Shown: positions 39,131 through 53,465 of the stretch, piece by piece | Numbering within the stretch: the stretch's first letter is position 1 | Layout: each line of letters starts with the position of its first letter | From: Octopus vulgaris | Lineage: Eukaryota | Assembly: GCA_951406725.2 (NCBI GenBank) | Contig: OX597815.1 | Span: 48,298,001-48,362,000 of the forward strand | DNA length: 64,000 nt | Direction of reading: 5' to 3' | Program-made: the position numbers and the translations under genes | The notes under the pieces: model-generated | The model's input: the letters and a program-made list of their open reading frames with translations, nothing else | What the model was told of the DNA's origin: nothing | The model's database searches: none

Positions 39131-40414
39131 TGTATATAATTTTTCTGAATTTTTGCATAAACTGGCATTGCAGGCATAGTTGGTACAGAAACAATTGCAA
39201 CTGATCATTAAAAATGTGTTAAAGTATTTCTTTGTCCTATCATTTGGATTACACACATACACACACACATTTCTACACAGTCTCTATCTATCATGTTTAC
39301 TCACAAGGCATCGGTCAGCCTTAGTAGAGAACACTTTCCTAGACTGCCATGCAGTGGGACTGAACCCTAAAACTATGTGGTTGCAGAGCAAATTTCTTAA
39401 CCACACAGCCATGTTTGTACCAATGTAATATTAAAGATTAGTGAGAGATTGTCCGAGTAAGCAATTTTAAATTCATATGATAAGCAAATCAAGAATTTAG
39501 TAGAAAAGATAACATTAGACAAAGATCTATCCTATGGTTATTAGTTGCCTGCATAACAAACAGACTATTCTAAGAATCTTGGACAAGCATATGTTTGAGT
39601 ACAAACTGAGATTTTACAGAGAAACCGGGTCTGTTCAGTTTATCAAGATGATGATTTATCAAGAAGCTTTTCAGTCTTAGCATAATTTTATCAATTCTTG
39701 GCTGTGAAATCTAGGTAAAAAAAAAAACAAAAAAAAAGTTGGTGGGGGACAAAAAAATTTATCAAAAAAAATTTGGAAATTATACAAATGTGATAAATAA
39801 GAAGTTAATGCCATTTCAACAATTTAGCAACTGTCTTTCCTTTTTTTCCATTTTTTTTTTGTCTTTCCCATCTGCCCTGCCAACAGCATTAATATATCTG
39901 ATTTCAATTTCAAGACAGGTTTGATGATAATAATAATAATAACAACAACAATAACAACACATTCCTTCAGCAGAAAATTGGAATAAAAGAAGAGAAATAA
40001 AATTTAAATTGCACAAAAACTTTAATAACAAAAAAAAAAAAAGAAAATCAAATAAGATTTAAAAGTTAAAGATGATTGTATCAGGTTAACTTAAACTTAT
40101 TTCCAATTTTGCAAGTAGTTCTTCAGAAAATATGCAGTTCAGCAAACTCACAAGATCGATTGAAAGATTGTCACAGAATAAATCTGAAGACAGAGTAAGA
40201 AATTACTGAAGAATAACAGTGTCGATATATCTAGTCTAGGAATAAATTGGTTTTTCACGGAACACTTCATTTAAGCAGGTTACAAACTTAATTAAAGGAT
40301 TTGCCACCGTTCCATGGGTCTGAAACTTGTTTTTTTTAATTCATTTACTTTTTAAATCACACTTTAAAAAAAAAATTGTGTAACTTCTTGAGAACATTTG
40401 CGTATATGTGTGTA

Positions 40415-40453
<39 letters not shown>

Positions 40454-40592
40454 GATGTGTGTGTGTCAATCTCTCTCTCTGTGAATGCATGTATGTATGT
40501 TTGTTTTGTTGTTTTCATAGCACTGAAACCTAAATAAATAAATATAAAAAATATTAAAAATATTTCCCAAATGACTTTGTCTTTTTTTTCTT

Positions 40593-40630
<38 letters not shown>

Positions 40631-41661
40631 AGAGAAAAAAAGAGAGACAGAGAAGAGTTTCTCAATTAGAATAATTTCAGGTATCTGAGACACACAGTCA
40701 GCCAGAAATATTAACACTTCTGGCATGTTTAAGGTGTATGGCAGATAATAAGTCATGTAGAGGACAAAGAAGAAAAGAAAAGGAATTTGAAAAAAAAGAC
40801 AGTTAATGATTCCAATTGCCACTACTATTTCTACATTTGACAATGATGATGCAAGTATTTAATGCGACCTTCCAACCAGCTAGAAACAGTAACCAAATCT
40901 CCTTACATCATCATCATCAGCAATATTTAACACCCATTTTCCATGCCGGCATGGGTTAGAGAGCTTGACAGGAGCTGGCAAGACCAAGGGCTGCACCAAG
41001 TGTTTGGCTAGGTTTCTATGGTTAGATGCCCTTTCTAATGCTAACCACTTCACAGGGTGTACTTACTGCTTTTTATGTCACCAGTACTAATGCTTTTTAA
41101 GCACCAGGGTTTCTTATGTTGCACCAGGACCAGTGCATTTTATGTGGCATCGGTACTTTTTACATGGCACCATATTAAATAAAAAAAAAAGACAAGGATA
41201 ACATAGTCCTATGTACCATTAAAATGTTGCTGGCATACCTTTGGTCATAAGTCTCAATCAGGGTTGAATGACCATTGGCTAAACAACATCAATGACAAGA
41301 GCCTCTACATCTTTTCACCATCATCATCAACATTTTAGAGCCCACTTTTCCATACCTGCATGAGTTTGACAGAACTCAGTAAAACAGATTTTTTTTTCTA
41401 CACCAAGACACTTTTCATCTCACCAACCCTCACCTATTTCCAAGCATGGTAATAATCCTCCAGACTATCAAGCAATGAACAGCCCAGACACAGTTATGAA
41501 GAGCCTTTTTCGCTTAAAAAGAAAGAGCAACATGTCAAGCAGCTCATTGTACCATTATACAGAAGCATATAACACTGTCTGTATTGACAGTGAGGCTCTT
41601 TCGTCAGTAAACATGCAGAGAAAATACAAAATCGCTGACACAAACACATAAATATGTATAT

Positions 41662-41790
41662 AGTAATCTCTCAACTATTATGGGTGTTACGTTTCAAAAC
41701 CCCCTGCGATAGGTGAAAATCCACGAAGTAGAAACAATACTGTACTGTATATTTTTTTTTATTATTGTTATAATAAGGGTGGTCTTTCTA
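41662..41790 (+). mobile_element. Tigger/pogo-like terminal fragment
   Basis: 'tagtaatctctcaactattatgggtgttacgtttcaaaaccccctgcgatagg' resembles Tigger-type termini; no second end found. Confidence 0.5.
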
Positions 41791-41797
41791 CAAGTAC

Positions 41798-41853
<56 letters not shown>

Positions 41854-41871
41854 AACATACATACATAAACA

Positions 41872-42400
41872 CATGGTGGCTGCCCCTCATTATCGATATG
41901 GCCATTGCACGAAGCTTAATCAATGTTGTTATCGTGCAATGCCTGTGCAAGAAGATTTTTTTTTTAAGTGGGGAAAGGCAGTCCCACTCACTAAGCAACA
42001 GCAGCCATAATCCGAAAAGAACAAGTCAACATCATCAGAAACCACCACTGAGCCGCAGGTTTTATATTGGAGTTATCCCAGTTACTTGAGTTACCTTCTC
42101 CTAGAAGGATACCCTAACAAAGGCAAGGAGACCTTCACTCCCAATGGTTTAATCGTGCAATTGGGTATTCAGTCCGATTATTTCTATGTCCCCACACATG
42201 ATACAGCCTTAAGACATTTATTGGATGGCCGTTGACTCTCAAGAGTTCCTCCGCCCTTTGACGGGTTTTGTTTTTCATCTCGCAGGGTGTCCAATATACA
42301 CCCTCCTCACCAAGCAAGCTTGGTTTAGTTGCCGACAACCCGACCATGCAACAGGTTGTACTGGGTTACATGTTACCAGTAGCACTCAAAAGTGACCTCA
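41872..42400 (+). mobile_element. GC-richer segment resembling an RTE-type LINE 5'UTR
   Basis: Motifs 'tttaagtgggga' and 'ccttctcctagaaggataccctaacaaaggc' recall RTE 5' regions; lies between microsatellites. Confidence 0.45.
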
Positions 42401-43123
42401 CATAAACACAAACATACATACATACACATAAGCACACATTCACACATATATACAATTTGCTGTCACCACTGAGATCTGCACCCACAGTTGGCTTCACAAA
42501 CGCATACACACTTATACTTTATTTTGTTTGTGTTAAATTTTGGTTCTCAACTTTTTAGATTTTTCTGTTTATTTTTTGCTGTTAGCTATTTCAGTCATTA
42601 GACTGCGGCCATGCAGGGGCACAACTTTGAAGAACTTATAGTCAAATGAATCGAACACAGTACCTAGTTTTTCTTTAAGCCTGGTACTTATTACATCAGT
42701 CACTTTATGCCAACTTGCTAAGTTATGGAGATGTAAACAAACTAACACCAGTTGTCAAGTGGTGGTGAAAAAGGATATTTAACAGAGCTGAACTACACCT
42801 TGGTAAATAAGCACCCCAACAAGGGTTGCTTTTTTGTGGTCACTTAATAGTAGCAAGCATAGCCATGTGGTTGAGGAGTTTGCTTTCCAACCACTTGGTT
42901 CTGGGTTCTTTCCCACTGCATGTTTCCTTCAGTGTCTTTTATAGCCCCGGCCAGCCACTGTCTTGTTAGTGGATTTGGTAGATGGAAACTAAAAGAAACT
43001 CATTATATATATATATATATTATGATATATTATGATATTCACACTTGTCTATCTACAACAATCATATGATGTCAAGATAAGGAGATACGAACAGATATGC
43101 ACACATACATACATGCATACAAA

Positions 43124-43156
<33 letters not shown>

Positions 43157-43645
43157 TGGCCAGTTTGTCTACCCAGTGGGATGGCATCATTTGAAGGCTA
43201 AAACAATGTAAAGCATATTGTGACCAATGATGTGTAACAACATCCGATAGTCTGGTCAGTCATGTGATATATATATACATATATATATCTTTATATATAT
43301 TTGTATGCATGTATGTGTGTGTGTGTATGTTCTTGTCTTGACATCACATGATTGTTGTAGACAAGTGTAATCATCAAGCAAGCAATATTCATTGTTTCTG
43401 ATCTTCTGTGGAAAACATGTCCAACCAATGGGAAATATTACTTCACTTGCAAACAGATGCATTTGCTTACAGGAAAAAGGCATCTGGCCATAGAAAATCT
43501 GTCTAAACAAATTCCGTTTGACTCATGCAAGAAAAGAGGATATTAAAAAGAAAAAAAATTGAAACTCAAACCACTTGAAATACCAAACAAATTTCACTCA
43601 AATAATGCTGTATACTTTTGGAAAAGGTGACATTAGCTTAGGTTA

Positions 43646-44029
43646 GTGGAGGTGCAATGGCCCAGTGGTTAGGGCAGTGGACTCGCGGTCATAGGATCGC
43701 GGTTTTGATTCCCAGACCGGGCGTTGTGTTTATTGAGTGAAAACACCTAAAAAGCTCCGAGGCTCCGGCAGGGGATGGTGGTGATCCCTGCTGTACTCTT
43801 TCACCACAACTTTCTCTCACTCTTACTTCCTGTTTCTGTTGTACCTGTATTTCAAGGGGCCGGCCTTGTCACTCTGTGTCACGCTGAATATCCCCGAGAA
43901 CTATGTTAAGGGTGCACGTGTCTGTGGAGTGCTCAGCCACTTACGCGTTAATTTCACGAGCAGGCTGTTCCGTTGATTCGGATCAACCGGAACCCTCATC
44001 GTCGTAACCGACGGAGTGCTTCCATCAAC
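43646..44029 (+). mobile_element. Young full-length family C SINE with tail type 1
   Basis: tRNA-like head 'tggcccagtggttagggc...ggttttgattccc'; 13-bp TSD cattagcttaggt (43631-43643 / 44030-44042). Confidence 0.92.
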
Positions 44030-44379
44030 CATTAGCTTAGGTAGAGCTAAGTATATTATGTCTGAAAAAAAATGATAAAATGGTCACAGAACATCTATGA
44101 ACACTGGTCTCCTCAATCAAAACTGACCTCAAGCTAAACAACATTTTAGTAAAAGAAACTTTCTGTTGTCACTGGAAAGAAAAGTGATTGATATGTATTA
44201 TCATGATATATTGTACTAGAACATTTGTGCTTATATTTTGATGGAATATTTTTGGTTTGGCCACTAACTTACATTTTACAATCTCTCAAGGTTTTGCTCT
44301 GATTACACCAATCACTGCTTTCTGGTGAGAAATATAATAGTAATTTCTTAGGTGACAAGTTTTAAAACAAGCCTATCAT

Positions 44380-45310
44380 CAGTTATATCAAATATTACTT
44401 CAGTACTAAACTGGTGCTTCTTTTTATCAACCTCATAATGAGTGAATTTGAAGTGGATCTTGATGGGATTTTAACTAAGAACAGAAAGAGACATAACTAA
44501 ATACAACAGGTATATGTAAAGTACTCTGCTAGTTGTGTTAGTTCATTCTCTTCTGTATAAAAAATATAATAATTTCTAACATATGCAAATGGTCACAATT
44601 TTTGTGGGAAAAACATAAGGTCAGTTATACTGATTTTAACACTATACTTGACCGGTACTTTATTTTATCGGCCCTAGAGCAGTGGAAAGTAATCCAGCAG
44701 GATTTGAACTCTGAACATACACAGATCTTCATTAACCCCAATACTTATCTAAAACCTATCTTATGAACCCAGAAGAAAGAATGGGAAAGTAGATCTCATA
44801 AGGATTTGGGTAAAAACTGCTAGGTATTTTGTTGAATGCCCTAACAACTCAATTCAATTCATTACTTTAATACTGGTTTCAAATTTTGCCACGAGGCCAG
44901 CAGTTTCAGGGATGGGGGTAAATCGATAACATCAACCTTGGTGTCCAACTGGTACTTATTTTACTGACTTCGAAAGGATGAAGGGCAAAGTCAACCTTGG
45001 TGGAATTTCAACTCATATCATAAAGATGTACGAAATGCCACTAAGCATTTTGTTCGGCATGGTAACGATTCTGACACTTCATTACTGATATTGCTACTGT
45101 AATATAATTATTATTTCTTTATTGCCCACAGGGGGCTAAACATAGAGGGGAGAAACAAGGACAATGGGATTAAGTCAATTACATTGACCTGAAATTTGGT
45201 AGGCAGGAAAGTCAATTACATCAACCCCAGTGTTCTACTGATACTTACTTTGCTGTCCCCCAAAAAATGAAAGGCAAGGTTGTCCTTGTAGGAATTTGAG
45301 CTAAAGAATA
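44380..45310 (-). mobile_element. Cluster of old family A SINE copies
   Basis: Repeated 'aactggtactta...gaaaggatgaa.ggcaaagtcaacc...gaatttgaact' blocks. Confidence 0.75.
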
Positions 45311-45799
45311 TATAACAGCAAACATCTGGCTCAATGATGGATGGAAATGCAAAAAAAAAAGATAAAACAAAATCCTTATCATTGATATAGATCCAATAGC
45401 ATATGACAGATATTAGAAATGATGTCTTGTAAAGGATACCGCTAACTGAAACCTACAGCAACAAGAAGACTAACACTTGTTCGCCAGAGATGGAGAATGC
45501 AGTAGGGTGGTGGGGGAGAGAACGGCATTAATAATCAGGCTTGTTTTTTGATGGCTTAATCATATGAGGGAGGGATAGGGGCTTTGATTCTAGAAGTAAA
45601 GAAGAGACTTTAGATCAGAGTGCTAATCTAAATTCTTGCAACAGAATGAACCTGTTTATGACAGCATTTTTACTGAAATATATTGTATCTATCTTTGATT
45701 TTTTTACTTGTTTCAGTCATTGGACTGTGGCCATGCTGGAGCACTGCTATCAACAATTAGTTGAACAAATCAACCCCAGTACTTATTTTTAAATGAAGT

Positions 45800-46135
45800 C
45801 ACATGGATCAGTGGTTAGAGCAACGGACTCACAAGCATGAAGTAGTGAGTTTGATTCCCAGACCAGGTCATGTGTTGTGTTCTTGAGCAAGTCACTTTAT
45901 TTCACATTGCTCAAATTTACTCAGCTGTAGAAACGAATTGCAACATTACTGGAGCCAAGCTGTATCAGCCTTTGCTTTTCCCTTGGATAACATTGGTGGT
46001 GTGAAGAGGGGAGGCTGGTATGCATGGGTGACTGCTGGTCTTTCATAAGCAACCTTGCCTGGACTTGTGCCTTGAAGGGTAACTTTCTAGGGGCAATCCT
46101 ATGGTCGTTCATGACTGAAGGGGATCTTTACCCAA
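45800..46135 (+). mobile_element. tRNA-derived SINE of another family (CORE-like block) nested in a family B SINE
   Basis: Head 'catggatcagtggttagagc...gtttgattcccagacc', block 'tgtgttcttgagcaagtcacttta', tail 'ctttacc'; B-SINE sequence on both sides. Confidence 0.7.
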
Positions 46136-46549
46136 TTTTTTTTACCATTTTTTTTAAAAGTCTGGCACTTATTCTATCAGTCTCTTTGCTGAACTGCTAG
46201 GTTATGGAGATATAATCCAATACCAGTTGCCAAGTGGTGGTGTTGGGACAAACTCAAGCACATGCATACATATATACAGACATGACAAACTTCACTCATA
46301 GGGCACTGGTCAGCCTGGAGCCATAGTAGAAGACACTTGCCCAAGATGCTGCACAGTGAAAAAGTGAGAAGAATAACACAGTCATTATTAAGCTGGTGTT
46401 TGGAACATAGATTAACATGGGATTTTGATGGAAGGTTTTAATTTAAATGACTTTAAAACAAGAAGTTTATATCATGTAACAAAGGTTGGTCTCAGGTGGG
46501 TTGGTACCAGTAAGGTAAAAGGCCTTCAAAGGCCAAGTGGAGAAGGTAA

Positions 46550-46769
46550 CCCTTTAGTATTCAGGTCACTCTGTCAAATGTAACGCTTATATATTTACAT
46601 TTTTTTAAATTAATCATGCATTGTCTTGTAGCTTTGGGATCTCAATGATGTGACTCTCTACTTTTGGAGTGACAATGTAGGGAAGGTGTAAGAGGACAGA
46701 TATGGCTAGTTCCAACATAAAACAGGAAGAACATTTGAGTTGGATATGTCTGGTTTAAATGCTAAAGGG
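46550..46769. mobile_element. 220-bp piggyBac-type MITE
   Basis: TIRs ccctttagtatt / aatgctaaaggg; flanks gtaa / ttaa. Confidence 0.85.
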
Positions 46770-47188
46770 TTAAACCAAGTGATGGTTTAAGACCATTGTA
46801 CCCTATGCAACAGAATTAACTCCACTAAGAGCACCTAAGGGCAAATTCCAAGAAAGCAATTTCTTCTTTGGAAGTTATCATTATGATCACATGTATAGCG
46901 CTATAGTATCCCTTTCTAATTCAATCCATTTTATTCCATCCAATAAGCCTCATTCTTACAAGATCTCAATTGGAAGATTTTATAAATTGTAGGGTTGTAC
47001 TTGTTTAGCAAGTGACTTTGATCAGAGACTGTCTGTTGAAACTGGAATGATTTCTTTGAAGTAGAGACATTATAGCCTGTTAAAACACACACACACACAC
47101 ATACATACACTTGTAAATATAGATATCTACACACATATATCCATGTACATATACATATACATATGTACACACATACATATACATTATA

Positions 47189-47243
<55 letters not shown>

Positions 47244-47348
47244 TCCATTATTTTACTCTGTGCCCTTTGTATGCTGTTAGAATATTTTGTATATCAGACG
47301 ACTCACAAAATAATAAAAAAACTGAATATGATACCCCGCTCTCTCTCA

Positions 47349-47379
<31 letters not shown>

Positions 47380-47849
47380 GACAAACATGCACACACATAC
47401 TTTAGCTTAAATGCCCACAGTGGTTATTTATAAAATTTCACAAGAACTTGTATAATTACTATTCTCAACCCTCTCTCTTTTTCCTCTCTACAAGCATTTA
47501 ACCTAAGTTACATGAAGATGCTCCAATCCTGCCACAGTGATAATAAATGTAAACCGATGCTGACCTACTAAAAATAGACAAATCTCCCTCATGTACATAC
47601 ATGGCCATCTTAAAAAAATATATAAGCTAGGATGGATCTTCAGCTCTAGGTTTCCTATACACTACACATAGATAGGATGGTAATAGTTGGAACCCTTATG
47701 ATCATAGGATGACTTGTCTAACAAGCAACAAACCAATGAGGAAGCTGGTTTGTCAACCTGCTAAAAATGGCAGCAGCCAAGCCTCACCCAGATTTACAAT
47801 GATCTACCTTAACAAATGCACTGTACGTTACATAATGTAGACTAAATAT

Positions 47850-48385
47850 ACATCATCATCATCGTTTAGTGTCTGTTTTCTATGCTGGCATGGGTTAGAT
47901 GGTTTGACTGGAACTGGTAAGCTGAACCAGGTTCCAACCATCTGTTCTGGCTTGGTTTCTATGGCCGGATGCCCTTCCTAACACCAACCACTCCACAGAG
48001 TGTACTGGGTGTCTTCTACATGTCACTGGCACAGGTGCCCTCTAGGTGTCAGCAGCACAGGTGCCCTTTAAGTGTCACCAGTACAGGTGCCTATTGCATG
48101 TCAGCAGCAAGGGTGCCTTTTATGTGTCACTGGCACAGGTGCCTTTTACATGTCACTGACACTGGCCATAATTACAATTTCACTTAGCTTGATGTGTCTG
48201 CTCAAGCACAGAAAAATCTCCAAAAGTCTCAGTCATTTGTCATTGTCTCGGTGAGACTCAACATCTAAAGATCATATTTCACCACTTCATCTCACATCTT
48301 CCTGAGTCTACCTCTTCCACAGGTTCCCTCCACAGTTAGAGATCGGTACTTCTTTATGCAACTGTCTTCATCCATACACAAAAAT
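47850..48385 (-). mobile_element. 5'-truncated RTE LINE: ORF end plus 3'UTR with internal tandem repeats and (ATG)n tail
   Basis: Minus translation SCIKKYRSLTVEGTCGRGRLRKM*DEVVKYDL runs directly into the abundant 'gaagggcatcc...catgccagcat' tail. Confidence 0.85.
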
Positions 48386-49054
48386 GGTTTATCATTACTG
48401 CCACTCAAAACAACTTAGCTTTTTAGCATTTAAATTGGTCATACCGGGCTTAAATATTGTAGCTGTTTTATATTCAAACCAGTCAGATTCAGCCTTTCAC
48501 ACCTATCCTACAATGTCATCTTAATAATAAACAAACACAGTATTGAAATCTTGAAGCTACAAGATAATGCACGATTAATTCAATCTTATAATAATTCTGT
48601 TCCTCCATTACTTAGCCTGTTTGTAATGCTTCCACATGATTAGTTGAAGGGGAGAGATGGGGATGAGAACAGACAAGCACACATACACACATATGCAAAT
48701 GAAGACTCAAAACACATGACCATATACACACTTCTCACAAGGACACATATGGAGAAACACACACACACACACACACACACATAAGGAGATGCACATCCAT
48801 ACACAGTACATAGTCACAAAAACCTATACACACGCGCACAGAGACAGACACACTCAGACATGCACACACACACACACAAACATGAACACATAAAACACAA
48901 ATATGCAGAATACATACATACATACAAACATACACATATACACACACACATGCATACACATACTTACAGGCATGCATATATGTGCACACACTGACCCACA
49001 CAGATGCGCACAAACAAACAAAAAGAACGCAGCTCAGATAATGGACAGAGTCAA

Positions 49055-49230
49055 CAACTATTATAAAGGTTGCAAGATGCAATGAACATTTTAGAAAAAT
49101 AAATAAGTAAATGATTTGAAATTTTACCAGTAAGAGTGTTAAATTATAAGGCACTAAAAGAGCATGACTCTCCCACATGCTTCAACACATGAACTCACAT
49201 GAAAAATCTTGCAAACCAAATTCCAAAACA
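49055..49230 (+). mobile_element. Decayed copy of the repeat that forms the 63310-63650 palindrome
   Basis: 'actattataaaggttgcaagatgcaatgaacattttag...tgcttcaacacatgaactca...aatcttgcaaaccaaat' is colinear with 63459-63645. Confidence 0.85.
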
Positions 49231-49973
49231 ATACACACACACACACAGTGTACTGTTCTTGCCCCGTCTTTTCTTTGTTATGCCATGTGGGCAGTGTCTA
49301 ATGATTGTGCTGGGATGCCAGACATGTTACTAAACAATGTTTGACCTGTCCTCAGCATATGAAACTAATAGTAGCACATAGTGTTTATTTGATAATATAT
49401 ATATAAGGCAGTGGGTGGAAGAAGTGGTAGAATATCGCACAACATACATCTTATTTTTAAAAGATGTCACTTCATGTTCTAAGTTTATGTCTCATACAAG
49501 AGAACTCAGCCATTCCTCTTCTGAAAGTCATTAAAGAAAATAACCAGCCAAGTCGTAGGGCTGACATATTCAATATATCATTGAATGTGCTGCCACAGTT
49601 TGGTCACACACTAATAACCAAAGCCAGTAAAAGAATATTTAACAACAGATATCTTTTCTGCAAGGTCACCAAGTTATGACATGTCAAGATAGATGCTTTT
49701 TTCTTTTTAATTCTAATCTTTATTAATCTCTGTCCTTTTGATTTACTTATTGTCTCGTTCCTATTCTTAAAACAAATTCACATTCACATTTAAGATGATT
49801 GGGAGTGATTTGAAGGTGATTTTCCTTTTATTTTTTGAACATTAAGCAAAAATACAGAAGTTTCCTTAGTGGTCTGAGTGAACAGATCAATGATCTAAGT
49901 CATTCTAGTTGTAATTATCTGGACTTTTTGTATTCTGTGTCCTTTTTTTTTTTAATGAATGGAGGCAATTTAA

Positions 49974-50193
49974 CCCTATAAGCATTCAGATAACTCTGTC
50001 AAATGTTATACTTATTTATTCATTTGTTTTGAATTACACATGCATTGTCTTATAGCTTTGTGAAGTCAATGATGCAATTGTTATTTTCCAGAATGACATT
50101 GTAGAATATGTATGGGAGGCCAGATTTGACCAGTCTGAACATAAAACAAACAGAATGCTTGGCCCAGATATGGCTGGTTTAAATACTAAAGGG
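49974..50193. mobile_element. 220-bp piggyBac-type MITE with TTAA target duplication
   Basis: TTAA|ccctatagcatt...aatactaaaggg|TTAA. Confidence 0.88.
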
Positions 50194-50392
50194 TTAAATG
50201 AATTTGGTTACAATCTCCATCAATTTGAGAAGCCATAAGCAGACTTTTTTTCTACTGGCTGCTTAAGTATGGCTGAAATTTTGCATCTGCTGCTCTCTTG
50301 TTATTTTTTATAATTTTATATTTTTCATAATTTTATAATTTTCATCAAGAAATTGGAGTTAGATTTACCTGGCATAAATAGAGTGTTAAAGT

Positions 50393-50621
50393 TATTTCTT
50401 TATTGCCCACAAGGGGCTAAACATAGAGGGGACAAACAAGGACAAACAGATAAAGTCGATTATATCGACCCCAGTGCGTAACTGGTACTTATTTAATTGA
50501 ACCCGAAAGGATGAAAGGCAAAGTCGACCTCGGCGGAATTGGAACTCAGAATGTAACGGCAGACGAAATACCGCTAAGCATTTCGCCTGGCGTGCTAACG
50601 TTTCTGCCAGCTCGCTGCCTT
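50393..50621 (-). mobile_element. Young full-length family A SINE
   Basis: 14-bp TSD tagagtgttaaagt (50379-50392 / 50622-50635). Confidence 0.93.
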
Positions 50622-50728
50622 TAGAGTGTTAAAGTCTTGCACAAGTGTTTACAGCTACATCGCACTTGTAACCTGACTATAATATCAGGACAAGCTTGAT
50701 TAATCATAGAGGGGGGCTCATAATTTTA

Positions 50729-51372
50729 CATGAAGCGTTATCTAAAAGTCCCTGGACTAGTTATGTTCAATAAAAAGTAACTTATTTACCCAAGTTTTAA
50801 CATCCTCTCCTTCAAAATAGTCATTTTGCACCACAATACATTAGTCCTATCACTTTTGGAATCCAGCCTTGAAGTAATTTTCTGTGAGTCAAAGACCTTC
50901 TGCGATTCATTCTGGATCTTGACAATAGTGATAAAACAGCCACCTTTGAGCTGCATTTTCATCTTGGGGAAGAGATGGAAGTCTGCATTGCCAAATCTAG
51001 TGAATAGGGCAGGTAAGTAAGTGACACCATGCTTTCGGCAAGAAACTCATGAGTGAGGAGCGCTTGGTGAAGAAATCAATTCTTCGTGCTCCACAGATCT
51101 GATTGCTTTTGCCAAATGTCCTCCCTCAAACACTTCAAAACACCACAGTAGAACTCTCAAATGATGGTCTGGCCCTGAGGGATGAATTCTTAATACACAA
51201 TAGGCGCAAGAGTGGCTGTGTGGTAAGTAGCTTGCTTACCAACCACATGGTTCTGGGTTCAGTCCCACTGCGTGGCACCTTGGGCAAGTGTCTTCTACTA
51301 TAGCCTCGGGCCAACCAGAGCCTTGTGAGTGGATTTGGTAGACAGAAACTGAAAGAAGCCGGTCGTAAGATG

Positions 51373-51404
<32 letters not shown>

Positions 51405-51740
51405 GAGTGTGTCTGTATGTTTGTGTGTCTGTGTTTGCCCCACCCCCACATCGTTTGACAACCGATGGTGGTGTGTTTACGTTCTCGTAACTTAGTGGTT
51501 CGGCAAAAGAGACCGATAGAATACTTACTAGGCTTACAAAGAATAAGTCCAAGGGTCGATTTGCTCAACTAAAGGTGGTGCTCCAGCATGGCCGCAGTCA
51601 AATGACTGAAACAAGTAAAAGAGTAAAGAGTAATACTGCGGATGTCAAAAAAAAACCAAAACAATGAGCATGCTCTTGACTGAGCTGCAGCCCTGTCATG
51701 GAGATGAAGGGCTCTTCTATAGTGACGACTGCTGTTTCAT
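50729..51740 (-). mobile_element. Partial decayed mariner element interrupted by a family B SINE
   Basis: Minus strand gives LPYSLDLA / ADFHLFPKMKMQLKG; terminal 'aaaagtccctggact'. Confidence 0.8.
51203..51630 (+). mobile_element. Best-preserved full-length family B SINE (tRNA-like head, internal (TA)n(TG)n, tail ending gactgaaacaagtaaaagag)
   Basis: A-box-like 'tggctgtgtggt' and B-box-like 'ggttcagtcc'; flanked by taatac; many partial copies across the window. Confidence 0.9.
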
Positions 51741-53039
51741 CTAAAAATCTGTAGAATGCTTAGTCATTTAAACAGTAGTTTCAGGAGCTGTATGTGCTGT
51801 TATTCATATGTATATATTTGGTTGAACAACTGAATGCCTATCACTGAGACTGAACTGAGTATCCACCACAGAAATATCAGAGATGAGGGAGCAGGGAGTG
51901 CAAACTTTTCAGGGATGTCTAAACCACACCTGGCCTTTCCTTGTCTACATCTATAAGCTATACTTCTCAAGAGCTGAGATAATATTCTTTGGGAATTTGT
52001 AAAGGAAACTCACAGCTCACAATGTAAAGTTTGTAAACATTGAGATAATTGTATGCTATGGGAAGATAAAAATCCTTTAATTTCCAAAAACTTTCATATG
52101 AGAGAAAAGGAAAAAGAAGGGTCTCGTTGAAATGTCACGATATTTGCCTCCATATAGCAAGCAAATTTACCCAAATTTGCCAACATAACTAAATAAGTTT
52201 TTGCTGACACATAGACCATTATTAGTTTCTTTGAGCTCTTGTTTTTATTTTCACTCCATAAACTCTGCCTCAGAATCTTAGCAAATGAGACAACTCTTCC
52301 CTTCCATTCATGTATGTGTTAGAGGTAACTTTAATTAATTTACTGAAATTTGAAAATCTCAAGAAATATCGATAGAAGAAAATCTGAAAGCGAGAAAGAA
52401 AAGAGCTTAAGGTTACAAACGTCAAATGCCTCGCCAGCTTTCTCCCCATGTCACATACACACACACACACAACGTTATCTTACACAGCCATTCACTCAGC
52501 CTATATAACTGTTTTATAACGGTACCTAATTAGATCCATGTCGATGATAAGGCTTCTCTATGCAAGTGTTTCTCACTTCCCTCCATCTTGTCGAAGTAAT
52601 TGACGGAGACAAGTATTTATCTCAAAATTTGTAGCCCTCTTTGTGTCAGTGTGAGGGAAGAGATGAGGTATGTATACTCATATACACTAATGTACACAAT
52701 TTCGCTGACACATGCTAACTATGTATAATGAACAGGCATACACAATATTTTATGGAAACATACAGGGGAGAGAGAGGGAGGGGGAAGGAGGGAGTGTGTG
52801 TGTCTGTGTGTGTAAACAGAATAAATGAATATATTTCATTTACCTATTCCATTTGTGTACATTCACTTATGAATGTGCACAACACACATTCATACAGGCA
52901 TACATACATATACATTCATGCATATATCTATATATGTACACATAATCATACTTATATCTGTATAAATTCATTCATATCTCCCCCCTCTCTCTCTCTCTAC
53001 ATATATATATAGAGGGAGAGATATGTCATAGATAGACAG

Positions 53040-53389
53040 ATGCGTGCATGCAGCATGTACGTGTATTATCTATATGCATACAAATATATGTATGCAAACA
53101 CACACACACACATATATATATATACATACACATATACATATATACACACATATAAATATACATATATATATATATACACACATACACATATATACACATA
53201 CATATATATATACATATATATATATACACACATACACATATATACACATACATATATATATATACATACATATATATACACACACATATACATATATATA
53301 TATACACACACACATATATATATACACACATACACATATATACACATATACAGACACGCACACAGATATAGGCATGTATGTAATATATA

Positions 53390-53453
<64 letters not shown>

Positions 53454-53465
53454 ACACATATGTAT
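53040..53465. repeat. Long (TA)n/(CA)n microsatellite field
   Basis: Read directly from the sequence. Confidence 0.95.

Noticed and set aside
43646-43720. tRNA gene (also at 59614, 2330 and 17853)
   Set aside because: tRNA-derived SINE heads continuing into SINE bodies; no complete cloverleaf or terminator.
48809-48822. Partial match to miR-153 (catagtcacaaaa)
   Set aside because: Lacks the 5' seed start, sits in CA-rich low-complexity sequence, and has no hairpin.
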